Below are positions 29,021 through 43,445 of a DNA stretch of 64,000 nt, in pieces. How positions within the stretch are numbered: position 1 is the first letter of the stretch; the number at the start of each line of letters is the position of its first letter. The stretch is from Escherichia coli. GTDB lineage: Bacteria > Pseudomonadota > Gammaproteobacteria > Enterobacterales > Enterobacteriaceae. The notes beneath the pieces were generated by a model, which did no database searches, was not told the origin of the DNA, and saw only the letters and a list, made by a program, of their open reading frames with translations. Both the position numbers and the translations under genes were made by a program. The DNA is taken from the NCBI RefSeq assembly GCF_017348835.2, contig NZ_CP071375.1; one strand, written 5' to 3'.

Positions 29021-30552
29021 TATTGTCCTGATGATTCGGGGGATGCTTCATACAGCGGCACATACCCCACATCCTCTACCAACTGTTGCCCCTGCGGACT
29101 TAAAAACCAGTCAACAAATTTCTGCGTTTCCGGCGTGGCATTTTCACGCGTCACCATAAATGCATCGACGATGTACGCATATTTGCCGTTGCGAATGTTT
29201 TCCGCCGTCGGTGTAATATCGTTAATCGCTAGCAATTTTATATTTTTATCAGCATTCATTTGCGTCGCGTAATAGCGGAAGGTATAGCCTATTGCGTTGT
29301 TTGTATTACGATATTCGGCAACGACTTTAATCATTCCCTCCATTACGCTTGCCACTTCGGTTTCCTGCGGCGAGATCATACGGACATTTTTCATGACCTG
29401 TGATTGCATCACCGTCTGGCTGCCAGAGTCTTCCGGGCGTTGCCAGGTCTGGATCTCCTGATCGTTACCGTCAACAGTACGCCAGTTGGTAATTGCACCA
29501 CTGAAAATGTCACGCACCTGTTGTTCAGTCAGAGAATTAACCGGATTATCCGCATTGACGATGAAAACGAATGCTTCACGGGCAAATGGCGTGTATAGCA
29601 AAGTGACGCCCGATTCCTCTGCGCGTTTTTTCTGCCCACCGGAGGGTTGCGCCACAAAAATAATATCGGCATCACCTTTAACAATCCGGTTATATGCATC
29701 GGGGGTACGAGAGTTCTCCAGATATTCCCAGATGTGGAAATCTTCCGGTATAACGCTCAACGCATAAAAGGCAGAGGCATAAATTGGGTACGCCGCCGTA
29801 GCACCATCGAGTCGCGGCCAGTTTTGCGTAAACTGAATTTGCGGTTTACCACGCAGTGGTGTCAGTTGATTATTGAGTTTATCGGGTCGCCAGGCCCAGG
29901 TATCAATATTTTCACGGACACCGACGCCGGGATTAAGCTGTTTATATAAATAAGCCTGGTAACCGGCGACAAAACCAAGCATGAGAAGGATAAACAAGAG
30001 GGAATTACGGCAACGTAACCCGGACGTGCCCGTTAAAAGATGTCTGGTCGGCCAACCGTACCCCAGCGAAAAACTGATATGCGCGCCAACGGGTATAATG
30101 ACTATCCACCAGTACTCACCACCAACTAATGAGACTAACAAAACACCCAGCCAGGGAAGCATAAGATCAGCCAACCAACCCGATCCCATCTGGCGAAATT
30201 GATAATCTGCCAGATGCAGCGCGATTATCCAGCCAATCAGGGTTAATAGTGCGGGTAAGAGAAAAAAGCATTGTCGCCAGGCGGCTATTTCTCTTTTTTC
30301 TGGTGCACTATCGCCCGCCCATACTCGCCCCGAGAAAAATAGCATTATCGCACCCAGCGCCAACATAAAAATGTTAAGCAGAAGGTAAATTGTTGGCGTG
30401 AAGAGTAAATTGCAAACTTCAAGAATGGCGGCAAGCCCGCCCCCCAGCATAGCAACAACCGCTGCCAAAAATTGCGTCAGTATGGGGAGGCCGAAAAAAG
30501 TCATTACCAGCGAGGACAAAATCCATTTTCTGTTTTGCATTATTCTTTCCAT
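29020..30552 (-). CDS. Polytopic membrane domain fused to a PstS-like (phosphate-binding, PBP type 2) periplasmic domain
   Basis: 510 aa; N-terminal ~200 aa hydrophobic; C-terminal region has PstS-like motifs LDGATAAYPIY, RPEDSGSQTVM, NAIGYTFRYYA, KFVDWFLSPQG; likely the intact form of what K-12 keeps as the yzgL remnant. Confidence 0.65.
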   Translation of the reverse strand: MERIMQNRKWILSSLVMTFFGLPILTQFLAAVVAMLGGGLAAILEVCNLLFTPTIYLLLNIFMLALGAIMLFFSGRVWAGDSAPEKREIAAWRQCFFLLPALLTLIGWIIALHLADYQFRQMGSGWLADLMLPWLGVLLVSLVGGEYWWIVIIPVGAHISFSLGYGWPTRHLLTGTSGLRCRNSLLFILLMLGFVAGYQAYLYKQLNPGVGVRENIDTWAWRPDKLNNQLTPLRGKPQIQFTQNWPRLDGATAAYPIYASAFYALSVIPEDFHIWEYLENSRTPDAYNRIVKGDADIIFVAQPSGGQKKRAEESGVTLLYTPFAREAFVFIVNADNPVNSLTEQQVRDIFSGAITNWRTVDGNDQEIQTWQRPEDSGSQTVMQSQVMKNVRMISPQETEVASVMEGMIKVVAEYRNTNNAIGYTFRYYATQMNADKNIKLLAINDITPTAENIRNGKYAYIVDAFMVTRENATPETQKFVDWFLSPQGQQLVEDVGYVPLYEASPESSGQ

Positions 30553-30623
30553 TCTTTCTGAATGGCGAAATTATACTCCCCGAGTCCCCTTGCCCCTTCT
30601 GGACACTTTTCCGAAATGATGGC

Positions 30624-30651
30624 GAAAAAAACGGGACCCTTTGGCCCCGTT
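30624..30651 (-). terminator. Rho-independent terminator downstream of glgP
   Basis: Minus strand: GC-rich hairpin (aacggg...cccgtt) followed by T7. Confidence 0.6.
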
Positions 30652-30667
30652 CTATTTATTGGTGAAA

Positions 30668-33133
<2,466 letters not shown>

Positions 33134-34567
33134 CTATTTCAAGCGATAGTAAAGCTCACGGTACGACTTCGCCGCGACCTGCCAGCTAAAATCCATTGCC
33201 ATAGCCTGACGTTGCACAAACCGCCACAGTGAAGGACGGGACCACAGTACAAAAGCACGTCGAATAGCCCGTAACAGCGACCAGGCATTACTATCTTCAA
33301 AGACAAACCCACTGGCGACGCCATCTGCAAGGTTCTCAAGAGAACAGTCAGAAACCGTATCAGCAAGCCCACCGGTGCGCCGCACTAACGGCAGCGTACC
33401 GTACTTCAATCCATAAAGTTGCGTTAAGCCGCACGGTTCAAAACGGCTGGGCACCAGAATGACGTCCGCGCCGCCCATAATGCGATGCGAAAATGCTTCG
33501 TGATAGCCAATCTGAACGCCCACCTGGCCGGGGTATTCCGCTGCCGCCGCAAGGAAACCTTCCTGCAGCACCGGATCGCCCGCGCCGAGTAGCGCCAGCT
33601 GCCCGCCCTGCTCCAGAAGGCCCGGTAAGGCTTCCAGCACCAGGTCGAGACCTTTCTGGCTGGTCAGACGGCTCACCACTGCAAAAAGCGGCACTTTATC
33701 GTCAACCTTAAGCCCCATTGCGATTTGTAACTGGCGCTTATTTTCCGCTTTATCTTCCAACGTATCGCGGGTGTAACGCGAGGCCAACAGTAAGTCCGTC
33801 TCTGGACTCCAGATTTTCTCGTCCACGCCGTTCAGTACGCCGGAAAGACGCCCTTCACGGTGACGCTGTTGCAACAGACCTTCCATACCGTAGGCAAACT
33901 GCGGTTCGGTGATCTCGCGAGCGTAGGTTGGACTGACCGCCGTAATGTGATCGGCATAGTACAGACCGGCCTTCAGGAAAGAGATTTGTCCGTTGAATTC
34001 CAGCCCATGAATATTAAAGAATGACCATGGCAATTGGATGTCATTCATGTGATGTGCATAAAACATGCCTTGATAGGCCAGGTTGTGCACAGTAAACACC
34101 GACTTCGCCGGACGCCCGCGCGCCGCCAGATACGCAGGCGCAAGGCCTGCATGCCAGTCGTGCGCATGCACCACATCAGGACGCCAGAATGGGTCAAGCC
34201 CACTGGCCATTTCTGCCCCAACCCACCCCAGTAGCGCAAAACGCAATACGTTGTCGGTATAGGCAAATAAGTTGGTATCGTGATACGGGCTTCCCGGACG
34301 ATCATAGAGATGCGGCGCGTCAATCAGGTATATGCCAACCCCGTTGTAATGACCGAACAACAGCGTGATATGCCCGGCGAAGGTATCACGACGGGATACT
34401 ACCTGCGCATCGGTCACGCCACGGCGAATATCGGGAAATGCAGGCAACAGTACGCGAGCGTCAACGCCGTCTGCGATTTGTGCTGCGGGTAATGCCCCAA
34501 TAACATCAGCCAGACCGCCGGTTTTAAGCAGCGGGAACATCTCTGAACATACATGTAAAACCTGCAT
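33134..34567 (-). CDS. glgA: Glycogen synthase
   Basis: 477 aa; [22 protein letters not shown]... Confidence 0.93.
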
Positions 34568-35862
34568 TATCGCTCCTGTTTATGCCCTAACTTCCGTAGC
34601 ATTTCGCGCGTTACCAGCACGATGCCTTCTTCTGAACGATAGAAACGACGTGCATCTTCCTCTGCGTTTTCACCAATCACCATGCCTTCCGGAATAACAC
34701 AAGCACGATCGATGACGCAGCGGCGCAGACGGCACGAGCGACCTACCCATACTTCCGGTAACAATACGGCGGAATCAATGTTGCAGAATGAATTCACGCG
34801 AACGCGCGAGAACAGAACGGACTGCACCACCACCGAACCGGAGATCACACAACCGCCGGAAACCAGTGAGTTAAGGGTCATCCCGTGGCTACCGGAGCGA
34901 TCCTGCACGAATTTCGCTGGCGGTAATGATTCATTGTAGGTGCGAATTGGCCAATTGCGATCGTACATATCCAGTTCCGGCACCACAGAGGCCAGATCGA
35001 GGTTCGCTTTCCAGTAAGCTTCCAGCGTACCCACATCGCGCCAGTACGGCTCGGCATCCGGGTCGGATTGTACGCAAGAGAGCGGGAACGGGTGCGCATA
35101 GGCCAGACCGGCTTCGGTGATCTTGGGAATCAAATCTTTGCCAAAGTCGTGGCTGGAGTTCTCATCGCGATCGTCTTCTTCCAGCAGTTCATACAGATAG
35201 TCGGCGTCAAAGACGTAGATACCCATACTCGCCAGAGATTTGCTCGGATCGTTCGGCATTGACGGCGGGTTAGCAGGTTTTTCAACGAATTCGATAATTT
35301 TATCGTTCTCATCAACCGCCATAACGCCAAATGCGGAGGCTTCTTCAATCGGTACTGGCATACAAGCAACAGTGCAACGTGCGCCTTTTTCGACGTGATC
35401 GATAAGCATACGCGAGTAGTCTTGCTTGTAGATATGGTCGCCCGCCAGGATCACCACGTATTCCGCTTTATAACGGCGGATAATGTCGAGGTTTTGGGTG
35501 ACCGCATCTGCGGTGCCGCGATACCAGTTTTCCCCTTTCATTCTCTGCTGTGCTGGCAGCAGATCGACAAACTCGTTCATTTCTTCATTGAAGAATGACC
35601 AGCCGCGCTGAATGTGCTGCACCAGAGTGTGGGACTGGTACTGGGTGATCACGCCCATACGACGGATCCCGGAGTTGATGCAGTTAGACAGCGCAAAGTC
35701 AATAATGCGGAACTTACCGCCGAAGTGTACGGCCGGTTTTGCTCGCTTATTGGTTAAATCCTTCAGGCGGGTACCACGTCCTCCCGCCAGTATCAGGGCA
35801 ACAGATTTCAATGGCAGCTGGCGCGCCAACATTAAGTGATCGTTCTTCTCTAAACTAACCAT
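34567..35862 (-). CDS. glgC: Glucose-1-phosphate adenylyltransferase
   Basis: Trimmed to [33 protein letters not shown]; 431 aa. Confidence 0.92.
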
Positions 35863-35879
35863 GACTAACTCCTTTTTTA

Positions 35880-37853
35880 TCATCTCTGGAACACACACAA
35901 TCCGTGTGCAGGTCCCTGCCAGACAGCCGTAATCACTGGGTTATCCTCTCCAGCGAATGGGGGAATGGCGTGCCACTCCCCAGCAGGTAAAACAATCTCT
36001 GTTACCTCAAGCGTGGCGTTAATTGCGATCAAAAAGCGATCCGAGAGCAGAATTTGCAGCTGTTTCGGCCCGTTTTGCCACTCATCCGTGCTTAAAGGTT
36101 GAGCATATCGATTTAGCCAACGGACATTGCCGTCGCCTTCTTCCCACCAGCGATTCTCCACCAAAGCGGGAATACGCTTGCGCAGATGGATTAACGCGGC
36201 GGTAAATGCGGTTAAACCACTGCTTGCCTGCGACCAGTCCAACCAGGTTAATTGGTTATCCTGACAGTAGGCATTGTTATTGCCATGCTGGCTGTGACCA
36301 TGTTCGTCACCGGCCAGTAACATCGGCGTACCCTGGGAGAGCAACAACGTTGTTAACAGGGCATGAATGCTGTCGCGCCGCCGTTCAACCAGGTCAAGAG
36401 AACCGCCTAACCCTTCTTTACCATGATTGTTACTGTAATTGTTGTTGGTCCCGTCGCGATTTTCTTCTCCGTTTGCTTCATTGTGTTTATGGTTGAAACA
36501 AACGCAGTCGCGAAGCGTAAAACCGTCATGCGCGGTGACGAGATTAATCGCGGCACTCGGCAGACGACCATTACGTTTAAAAACATCGCTGGAGGCAGCA
36601 AAACGCCCGGCAAACGCCCCCAGAGGCAAATCATAATGTAGCCAGAAACGACGGGCAGCATCGCGGAAATGATCGTTCCACTCGGCAAACAGCGGCGGGA
36701 AATTTCCCACCTGATAACCACCAGGAGCGATATCCCACGGTTCAGCAATTAACTTCACCTGCGAGAGCACCGGGCAGTTCTGGATAGCGGTAAACAACGG
36801 CGCATCCTGACGGAACTCAGGCGTACGGCCCATGACTGCCGCCAGATCAAAGCGGAAACCATCGACGTGGCAGGTTTCTACCCAATAACGCAGGCAGGCG
36901 CAGGCATAATCCACCACCGCCGGATGACTCAAATTGAGCGTGTTGCCACAACCGGTCCAGTTGTGATAATCGCCGTCTTCTCTTATCCAATAATAGCTAC
37001 GGTTGTCGATCCCACGCAGCGAGAATAACGGGCCGTCGAGGTCCAGTTCCGCACTATGGTTGAGCACGATATCAAGAATGACTTCGATACCCGCTTTATG
37101 CAGTGCTTTGATTGCATCGCGAAACTCATCCAGCGCCGTTTCTGGCGAGCAGGCATACGCCGGATACAGCGCAAACATCGCCACCGGGTTGTAACCCCAG
37201 TAGTTACTTAGTCCCATGCGTTGCAGACGTGGTTCACTGGCAAACTGCGCCACCGGCAGCAGTTCCAGCGCGGTAATGCCCAACTGTTTCAAATAGTTGA
37301 TCATCACCGGATGCCCGAGGGCTTTATAAGTGCCACGGATCTCGACCGGGATCTCCGGGTGCAGGTACGTTAATCCTTTGACATGGGCTTCATAAATGAT
37401 GGTGCTGCCCCACGGCGTGCGCGGCGGAGCATCATCTTCCCAGTCATAGTGATCAACCACCACTACGCATTTCGGCGCAATGGCGGCGTTGTTGCGATAG
37501 TCAGGTTCATTATGACCGGCGTGCAGCAGCGGGTTATCTTTAAACTCCCCGTCAATTTGCCGCGCGCAAGGATCAATCAACAACTTCGCCGGGTTAAAGC
37601 GATGCCCCTCGGCGGGTTGCCAGGGGCCATGAACGCGATAACCATAACGTAAACCCGGGCGCGCATCCGGCAGATAACCGTGCCAAATGTCGCCACTGTG
37701 CCCTGGCAAGTCATAGCGATGTTCCTGGCCATTGGCGTCAAAGACACACAGCTCTACCCGCTCGGCATGAGCGGAGAAAAGTGTGAAGTTGACGCCCTGA
37801 CCGTCGTAATGCGCGCCGAGGGGAGCGGGTTTGCCAATGGCGAGTTGTGTCAT
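35880..37853 (-). CDS. glgX: Glycogen debranching enzyme
   Basis: 657 aa; GH13 family. Confidence 0.92.
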
Positions 37854-40036
37854 TCTGCCTCCCGAACCAGCCAGATAGTGGCCAGCGGTGGTAGCGTCAG
37901 GCTTAGTGAATGCTGACGACCGTGGCTGGCAATCTCATCGCTGTGTACCGTGCCGCCATTGCCTGCATTACTGCCGTGATAGTGCATGGAATCGGTATTG
38001 AGGATCTCACGCCATTTGCCTGGCTGATTAATGCCGAAGCGATAATCATGACGCGGCACCGGCGTAAAGTTACTGGCAACGATGATTTCGTTACCCTCTT
38101 TATCGCGACGCACAAAGATAAGCACCGAGCGTTCTTTGTCATCCACCACCAGCCATTCAAAGCCGTACGGGTCAAAATCCAGTTCATGCATCGCTTTATG
38201 GTGGCGGTAGGTGAGGTTCAGATCGCGCACCAGACGCTGGACACCGTGGTGCCAGTTATCGCCGCCTTCCAACAGATGCCAGTCGAGGCTGGCGTCATGG
38301 TTCCACTCGCGGCCCTGGGCAAATTCGTTCCCCATGAACAGCAGTTTCTTGCCCGGGAATGCCCACATCCAGCCATAGTAGGCGCGCAGGTTAGCGAATT
38401 TCTGCCATGCGTCGCCCGGCATCCGGTCGAGAATCGATTTTTTACCGTGGACCACTTCATCATGCGACAACGGCAGGACGAAGTTTTCAGTGTAGTTGTA
38501 GAGCATCCCGAAGGTCAGTTTATCGTGATGATACTGACGATAAATCGGGTCGAGTTTCATGTAGTCCAGGGTGTCATGCATCCAGCCGAGGTTCCACTTG
38601 TACCAGAAGCCCAGACCGCCCATATCCTGCGGACGAGAAACGCCAGGGAAATCGGTAGACTCCTCAGCCATTGTCACCGCACCGGAAACCTGCTCACCAA
38701 GAATACGGTTGGTATTACGCAAGAATTCAATCGCTTCAAGATTCTCGCGCCCGCCAAATTCGTTCGGGATCCACTCCCCCTCTTTACGGCTGTAGTCGCG
38801 ATAAATCATTGACGCCACCGCATCGACGCGCAGCGCATCAATACCAAAACGTTCAATCCAGTAAAGCGCGTTACCGACAAGGAAGTTACTGACTTCACGG
38901 CGACCATAGTTGTAGATTAGCGTGTTCCAGTCCTGATGATAGCCTTCACGCGGATCGCTGTGTTCATACAAGTTCGTGCCATCAAATTCGGCAAGCGCAA
39001 AGTCATCAGTCGGGAAGTGGCCTGGCACCCAGTCGAGAATCACGTTCAGACCAGCTGCGTGTGCGGCATCAATGAAATAACGGAAGTCGTCGCGAGTACC
39101 AAAACGGCGGGTCGGTGCATACAGGCCGGTTGGCTGATAACCCCAACTGCCATCGAAGGGATGCTCGTTAATGGGCAGTAGTTCGAGGTGGGTAAAGCCC
39201 ATCCATTTAGCATAAGGCACCAGTTGATCGGCCAGCTCGCGGTAGCTCAACCAGAAATTGTTGTCGGTGTGGCGACGCCAGGAGCCCAGGTGAACTTCAT
39301 AAATAGAGATTGGCGCATCAAACTGATTCGCTTTTTTGCGCTCTTCAGTCTGTACAACCTTTTCCGGCAGCCCGCAAATAAGAGACGCGGTTTCCGGGCG
39401 CATTTGCGCTTCGAAGGCATAAGGGTCGGACTTCAGACGCAAGTTGCCATTGGCATCAATCATCTCGTATTTATAGAGCTGACCGTTATGCGCCCCAGGG
39501 ATAAACAGTTCCCAGATGCCGCTCTCTTTACGCAGACGCATCGGGTGACGGCGACCGTCCCAGTAGTTGAATTGCCCAACCACCGAGACCCGACGGGCGT
39601 TTGGAGCCCAGACAGAGAAACGCGTACCTGTGACGCCATCCATAGTATCTGCATGCGCGCCTAAGGTTTCATACGGGCGCAGGTGAGTACCTTCAGATAA
39701 TAGCCAGGCATCCATTTCCTGGATTAGCGGACCAAAACGGTAAGGATCATCAATCAGGTTTTGCTGACCATGCCAGACAACAGCCAACTGATAGCGGAAA
39801 AAATTCTTACGTCGCGGAATGACGCCGCTAAAGAATCCCCGTGAGTCGAGACACTCCAGTTTTGCGAGTTTGCGCCCGGTTTTCGGTTCAATCACCCACA
39901 CATCGGTAGCGTCGGGTAAAAGGGCACGGACTTCCAGTCCCGCGGTGGTTTTATGCATTCCCAGTACGGAAAAAGGATCCGCAAAATGGCCTGCAATTAG
40001 CGCGTTAATCACGTCTCTATCGATACGATCGGACAT
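37850..40036 (-). CDS. glgB: 1,4-alpha-glucan branching enzyme
   Basis: 728 aa; start overlaps the glgX end. Confidence 0.93.
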   Translation of the reverse strand: MSDRIDRDVINALIAGHFADPFSVLGMHKTTAGLEVRALLPDATDVWVIEPKTGRKLAKLECLDSRGFFSGVIPRRKNFFRYQLAVVWHGQQNLIDDPYRFGPLIQEMDAWLLSEGTHLRPYETLGAHADTMDGVTGTRFSVWAPNARRVSVVGQFNYWDGRRHPMRLRKESGIWELFIPGAHNGQLYKYEMIDANGNLRLKSDPYAFEAQMRPETASLICGLPEKVVQTEERKKANQFDAPISIYEVHLGSWRRHTDNNFWLSYRELADQLVPYAKWMGFTHLELLPINEHPFDGSWGYQPTGLYAPTRRFGTRDDFRYFIDAAHAAGLNVILDWVPGHFPTDDFALAEFDGTNLYEHSDPREGYHQDWNTLIYNYGRREVSNFLVGNALYWIERFGIDALRVDAVASMIYRDYSRKEGEWIPNEFGGRENLEAIEFLRNTNRILGEQVSGAVTMAEESTDFPGVSRPQDMGGLGFWYKWNLGWMHDTLDYMKLDPIYRQYHHDKLTFGMLYNYTENFVLPLSHDEVVHGKKSILDRMPGDAWQKFANLRAYYGWMWAFPGKKLLFMGNEFAQGREWNHDASLDWHLLEGGDNWHHGVQRLVRDLNLTYRHHKAMHELDFDPYGFEWLVVDDKERSVLIFVRRDKEGNEIIVASNFTPVPRHDYRFGINQPGKWREILNTDSMHYHGSNAGNGGTVHSDEIASHGRQHSLSLTLPPLATIWLVREAE

Positions 40037-40308
40037 GCTTGTCTTCCTGTTTTATTGTGTCACCCCATCCAATTGGATTTTTGACTTCTGGTTGTGACAT
40101 TTTTTTGACCTGAACGGCGCAGCACTCTGTGCATCCTCTCTGCGTCGTCCTCACTTCAGGTAAGGCTGTGAATACTCATGTATTCAGCCACCCTTAAAGA
40201 ATAGCCAATGCTCTATTTAACTCCCGGTAAATCATGAAACATCTGCGCTTACTCCTGTATTACGCACTAACAGGGGCGGCATCGCGCCCCAGATTTAATG
40301 AATAAAGA

Positions 40309-41412
40309 TTACGCCAGTTGACGAAGCATCCGACGCAGCGGCTCCGCGGCCCCCCACAGCAGCTGGTCGCCCACGGTAAAGGCTGACAGGAACTCTGGTC
40401 CCATATTCAGCTTACGCAGGCGGCCTACCGGCGTGGTCAGCGTGCCGGTAACGGCAGCTGGGGTTAGCTCACGCATAGTGATTTCCCGATCGTTCGGAAC
40501 GACTTTCGCCCACGGATTGTGCGCAGCCAGCAGTTCTTCCACGGTCGGAATAGACACATCTTTTTTCAATTTAATAGTGAATGCCTGGCTGTGGCAGCGC
40601 AATGCACCGACACGCACACATAAACCATCTACCGGAATTACGGAAGATGTGTTGAGGATCTTGTTGGTTTCCGCCTGCCCTTTCCACTCTTCGCGGCTCT
40701 GACCGTTATCGAGCTGTTTGTCGATCCACGGAATCAGGCTACCCGCCAGTGGCACGCCAAAGTTATCCACCGGCAGCTCACCGCTACGGGTTAAGGTTGT
40801 GACTTTGCGTTCGATATCGAGAATAGCAGAGGACGGGGTCGCGAGTTCATCTGCTACATGGCCATACAGATGGCCCATCTGGGTTAATAACTCACGCATA
40901 TGTCGCGCACCACCGCCGGAAGCGGCCTGGTAGGTTGCAACGGACACCCAATCAACAAGATCATTGGCGAATAAACCACCCAACGACATCAACATCAGGC
41001 TTACGGTACAGTTACCGCCAACAAAAGTCCTGATGCCATTATTTAATCCGTCGGTAATGACTTCCTGATTGACGGGGTCAAGAATGATGATGGCGTCATC
41101 TTTCATGCGCAGAGACGATGCTGCGTCAATCCAGTAACCCTGCCATCCGCTTTCACGAAGCTTTGGATAGATTTCGTTGGTATAATCGCCGCCCTGACAG
41201 GTCACAATGATATCGAGGGCCTTTAGCGCCTCCAGATCAAAGGCATCCTGAAGTGTGCCAGTGGTTCCGCCAAAAGACGGCGCAGCCTGACCAAGCTGAG
41301 AAGTAGAAAAGAAGACAGGGCGAATGGCGTCGAAGTCGCGCTCTTCAACCATGCGTTGCATGAGAACGGAGCCGACCATACCGCGCCAGCCGATAAAACC
41401 AACATTTTTCAT
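40309..41412 (-). CDS. asd: Aspartate-semialdehyde dehydrogenase
   Basis: Trimmed to [21 protein letters not shown]...; 367 aa. Confidence 0.92.
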
Positions 41413-41603
41413 AAGCGTTTTTTCCTGCAAAGATGTGTGCTGTATAAATGTGCCGGTCTCCTCTTGGCACATCTTTCACCATACAAAAAGCAGCCAAAGT
41501 CGCAAGTGAAATTAATCAATGATAGCGAAGCCATCAGTAATGCGACTTATCCTGCTTTGTTAGCACGCAGAAAGTCCGCGGCAATTATCAGGGAATTTGA
41601 GTT

Positions 41604-42197
41604 ATGAATGAAATCATTTCTGCAGCAGTTTTATTGATCCTGATTATGGATCCGCTCGGAAACCTACCTATTTTCATGTCCGTACTGAAACATACTGAAC
41701 CGAAAAGACGGCGGGCAATCATGGTGCGAGAGTTGCTTATTGCTCTCCTGGTGATGCTGGTGTTCCTGTTTGCGGGTGAGAAAATTCTGGCATTTCTCAG
41801 CCTGCGAGCAGAAACCGTCTCCATTTCTGGCGGCATCATTCTGTTTCTGATCGCCATTAAGATGATTTTCCCCAGCGCTTCAGGAAATAGCAGCGGGCTT
41901 CCGGCAGGTGAAGAGCCGTTTATCGTGCCGTTGGCAATTCCGTTAGTCGCCGGGCCGACTATTCTCGCCACGCTGATGTTGTTGTCTCATCAGTACCCGA
42001 ATCAGATGGGACATCTGGTGATTGCTCTGCTGCTGGCCTGGGGCGGCACCTTTGTCATTCTGCTACAGTCTTCGCTATTTTTACGTCTGCTGGGCGAGAA
42101 AGGGGTGAACGCACTTGAACGCCTGATGGGATTGATTCTGGTGATGATGGCAACCCAGATGTTCCTCGACGGCATTCGAATGTGGATGAAGGGGTAA
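41604..42197 (+). CDS. yhgN: MarC-family inner membrane protein YhgN
   Basis: 197-aa polytopic membrane protein at the expected position. Confidence 0.85.
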   Translation: MNEIISAAVLLILIMDPLGNLPIFMSVLKHTEPKRRRAIMVRELLIALLVMLVFLFAGEKILAFLSLRAETVSISGGIILFLIAIKMIFPSASGNSSGLPAGEEPFIVPLAIPLVAGPTILATLMLLSHQYPNQMGHLVIALLLAWGGTFVILLQSSLFLRLLGEKGVNALERLMGLILVMMATQMFLDGIRMWMKG

Positions 42198-42202
42198 GGT
42201 TC

Positions 42203-42240
42203 AAACAGGTGCTGCACACAACCAGACGCGGCACCTGTTT
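42203..42240. terminator. Hairpin between convergent yhgN and the DprA-like gene
   Basis: 10-bp arms aaacaggtgc / gcacctgttt with an 18-nt loop, then ttatt. Confidence 0.5.
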
Positions 42241-42242
42241 TA

Positions 42243-43445
42243 TTACCTGAACTGATAATGACCTTCGCCCAATCGGATAACCCTTCCCTCTTCTTCTGCG
42301 CGGTTCAGCCACACACTAATTTGTTCGATGGTTAAACCAGTACAAGACGCCAGCCTTTCAATACTTATCGATTCCTTTGCAAGGATCGCCAGTTCCGCCA
42401 CAAAGAGTTGATAAAAATCGACAGGCGTATACGCGGGCATTACTGCGTAATTTGCGTCATCTTCATGCAGCGAAAACAGTTCTGGTTGAGCGTTACGGAG
42501 TGCTCTGTCATACATCAGCCCAGGAACGTCTGGCAGTCTGATCGTCACATTCTCAGCCTGTTCAGCACTCCATGACGCCCCATTTTCTACTAATCGTGAA
42601 TTGGCTGATTGCATATCCTGATTTGGTTTAACCTGCACAGGCAGCCACTGATGTTTTAATGCCTCCATCGCCCCGGTTATCGTTCCACCGGTCATTCCCG
42701 CACGTACAACCATTGCGCTTTCAGCAAGGCAATAAATATATTTATTTCGCGCCATCGCATTGCCGACGGTGAAACGTACCTCTGGGTAAAACGGCGAAAT
42801 CAACACCAGGTTGCCTGCTATAAGCCCTTCACGCCATTTCACTAACGTACTCGTTTTTAACAAGCTATCAGCTAATACGCCAACGGCAGTTCCCCCGGCC
42901 TCCAGTGCCGACGCCATTGCACATTCATCAATACCTCGCGCACCACCAGAGATAACGCAAATCCCCTGTTGGGCCAGTTTCGCGGCCAGTTGTTGGGTAT
43001 AGCGCAAATCGTCAGTCGGAGCATCTCGCGAGCCAACAATCGCCATACCTTCCGCTTGCAGTAATGCTTTATTCCCGCAGCCAAATAAAACGGGAGGTGC
43101 ATCCGTTCGCAATCGGTTTTTCAAGCGAACGGGATAATCGGCATCTCCGCGGGTTAAGATCCATAAACCGGCGCGTTGCCACTTATCTACCGCCAACGCC
43201 AGACTATGACCGCGCGCCAGCAAGCCAAGAATACGCTCCTGAGAAATACGCGGATCGCTCCAGCCTGTAAGTTTATCTTGCGGTTGCGGCACCAGAAGCT
43301 CGGCGGGACTGATACGTTGGTGCTTCAGCCATAATGCAAACTTCCCCCATTCACTATTACTAAGAGGTTTATACTCACTCGCCGCCGCGCGAGAAAAATC
43401 GCTGGTTAGCAGGAGAGTTGCTTGTGCATTGGCTGAAAGATTCAT
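42243..43445 (-). CDS. DprA/Smf-like (Rossmann/SLOG) protein; candidate antitoxin/partner of the upstream helicase
   Basis: Motif GMAIVGSRDAPTDDLRYTQQLAAKLAQQGICVISGGARGIDECAMASALEAGGTAVGVLADSL is typical of the DprA core; start set at Met overlapping the helicase stop (TGATG); an alternative upstream Met at 43538 would give 431 aa. Confidence 0.75.
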   Translation of the reverse strand: MNLSANAQATLLLTSDFSRAAASEYKPLSNSEWGKFALWLKHQRISPAELLVPQPQDKLTGWSDPRISQERILGLLARGHSLALAVDKWQRAGLWILTRGDADYPVRLKNRLRTDAPPVLFGCGNKALLQAEGMAIVGSRDAPTDDLRYTQQLAAKLAQQGICVISGGARGIDECAMASALEAGGTAVGVLADSLLKTSTLVKWREGLIAGNLVLISPFYPEVRFTVGNAMARNKYIYCLAESAMVVRAGMTGGTITGAMEALKHQWLPVQVKPNQDMQSANSRLVENGASWSAEQAENVTIRLPDVPGLMYDRALRNAQPELFSLHEDDANYAVMPAYTPVDFYQLFVAELAILAKESISIERLASCTGLTIEQISVWLNRAEEEGRVIRLGEGHYQFR

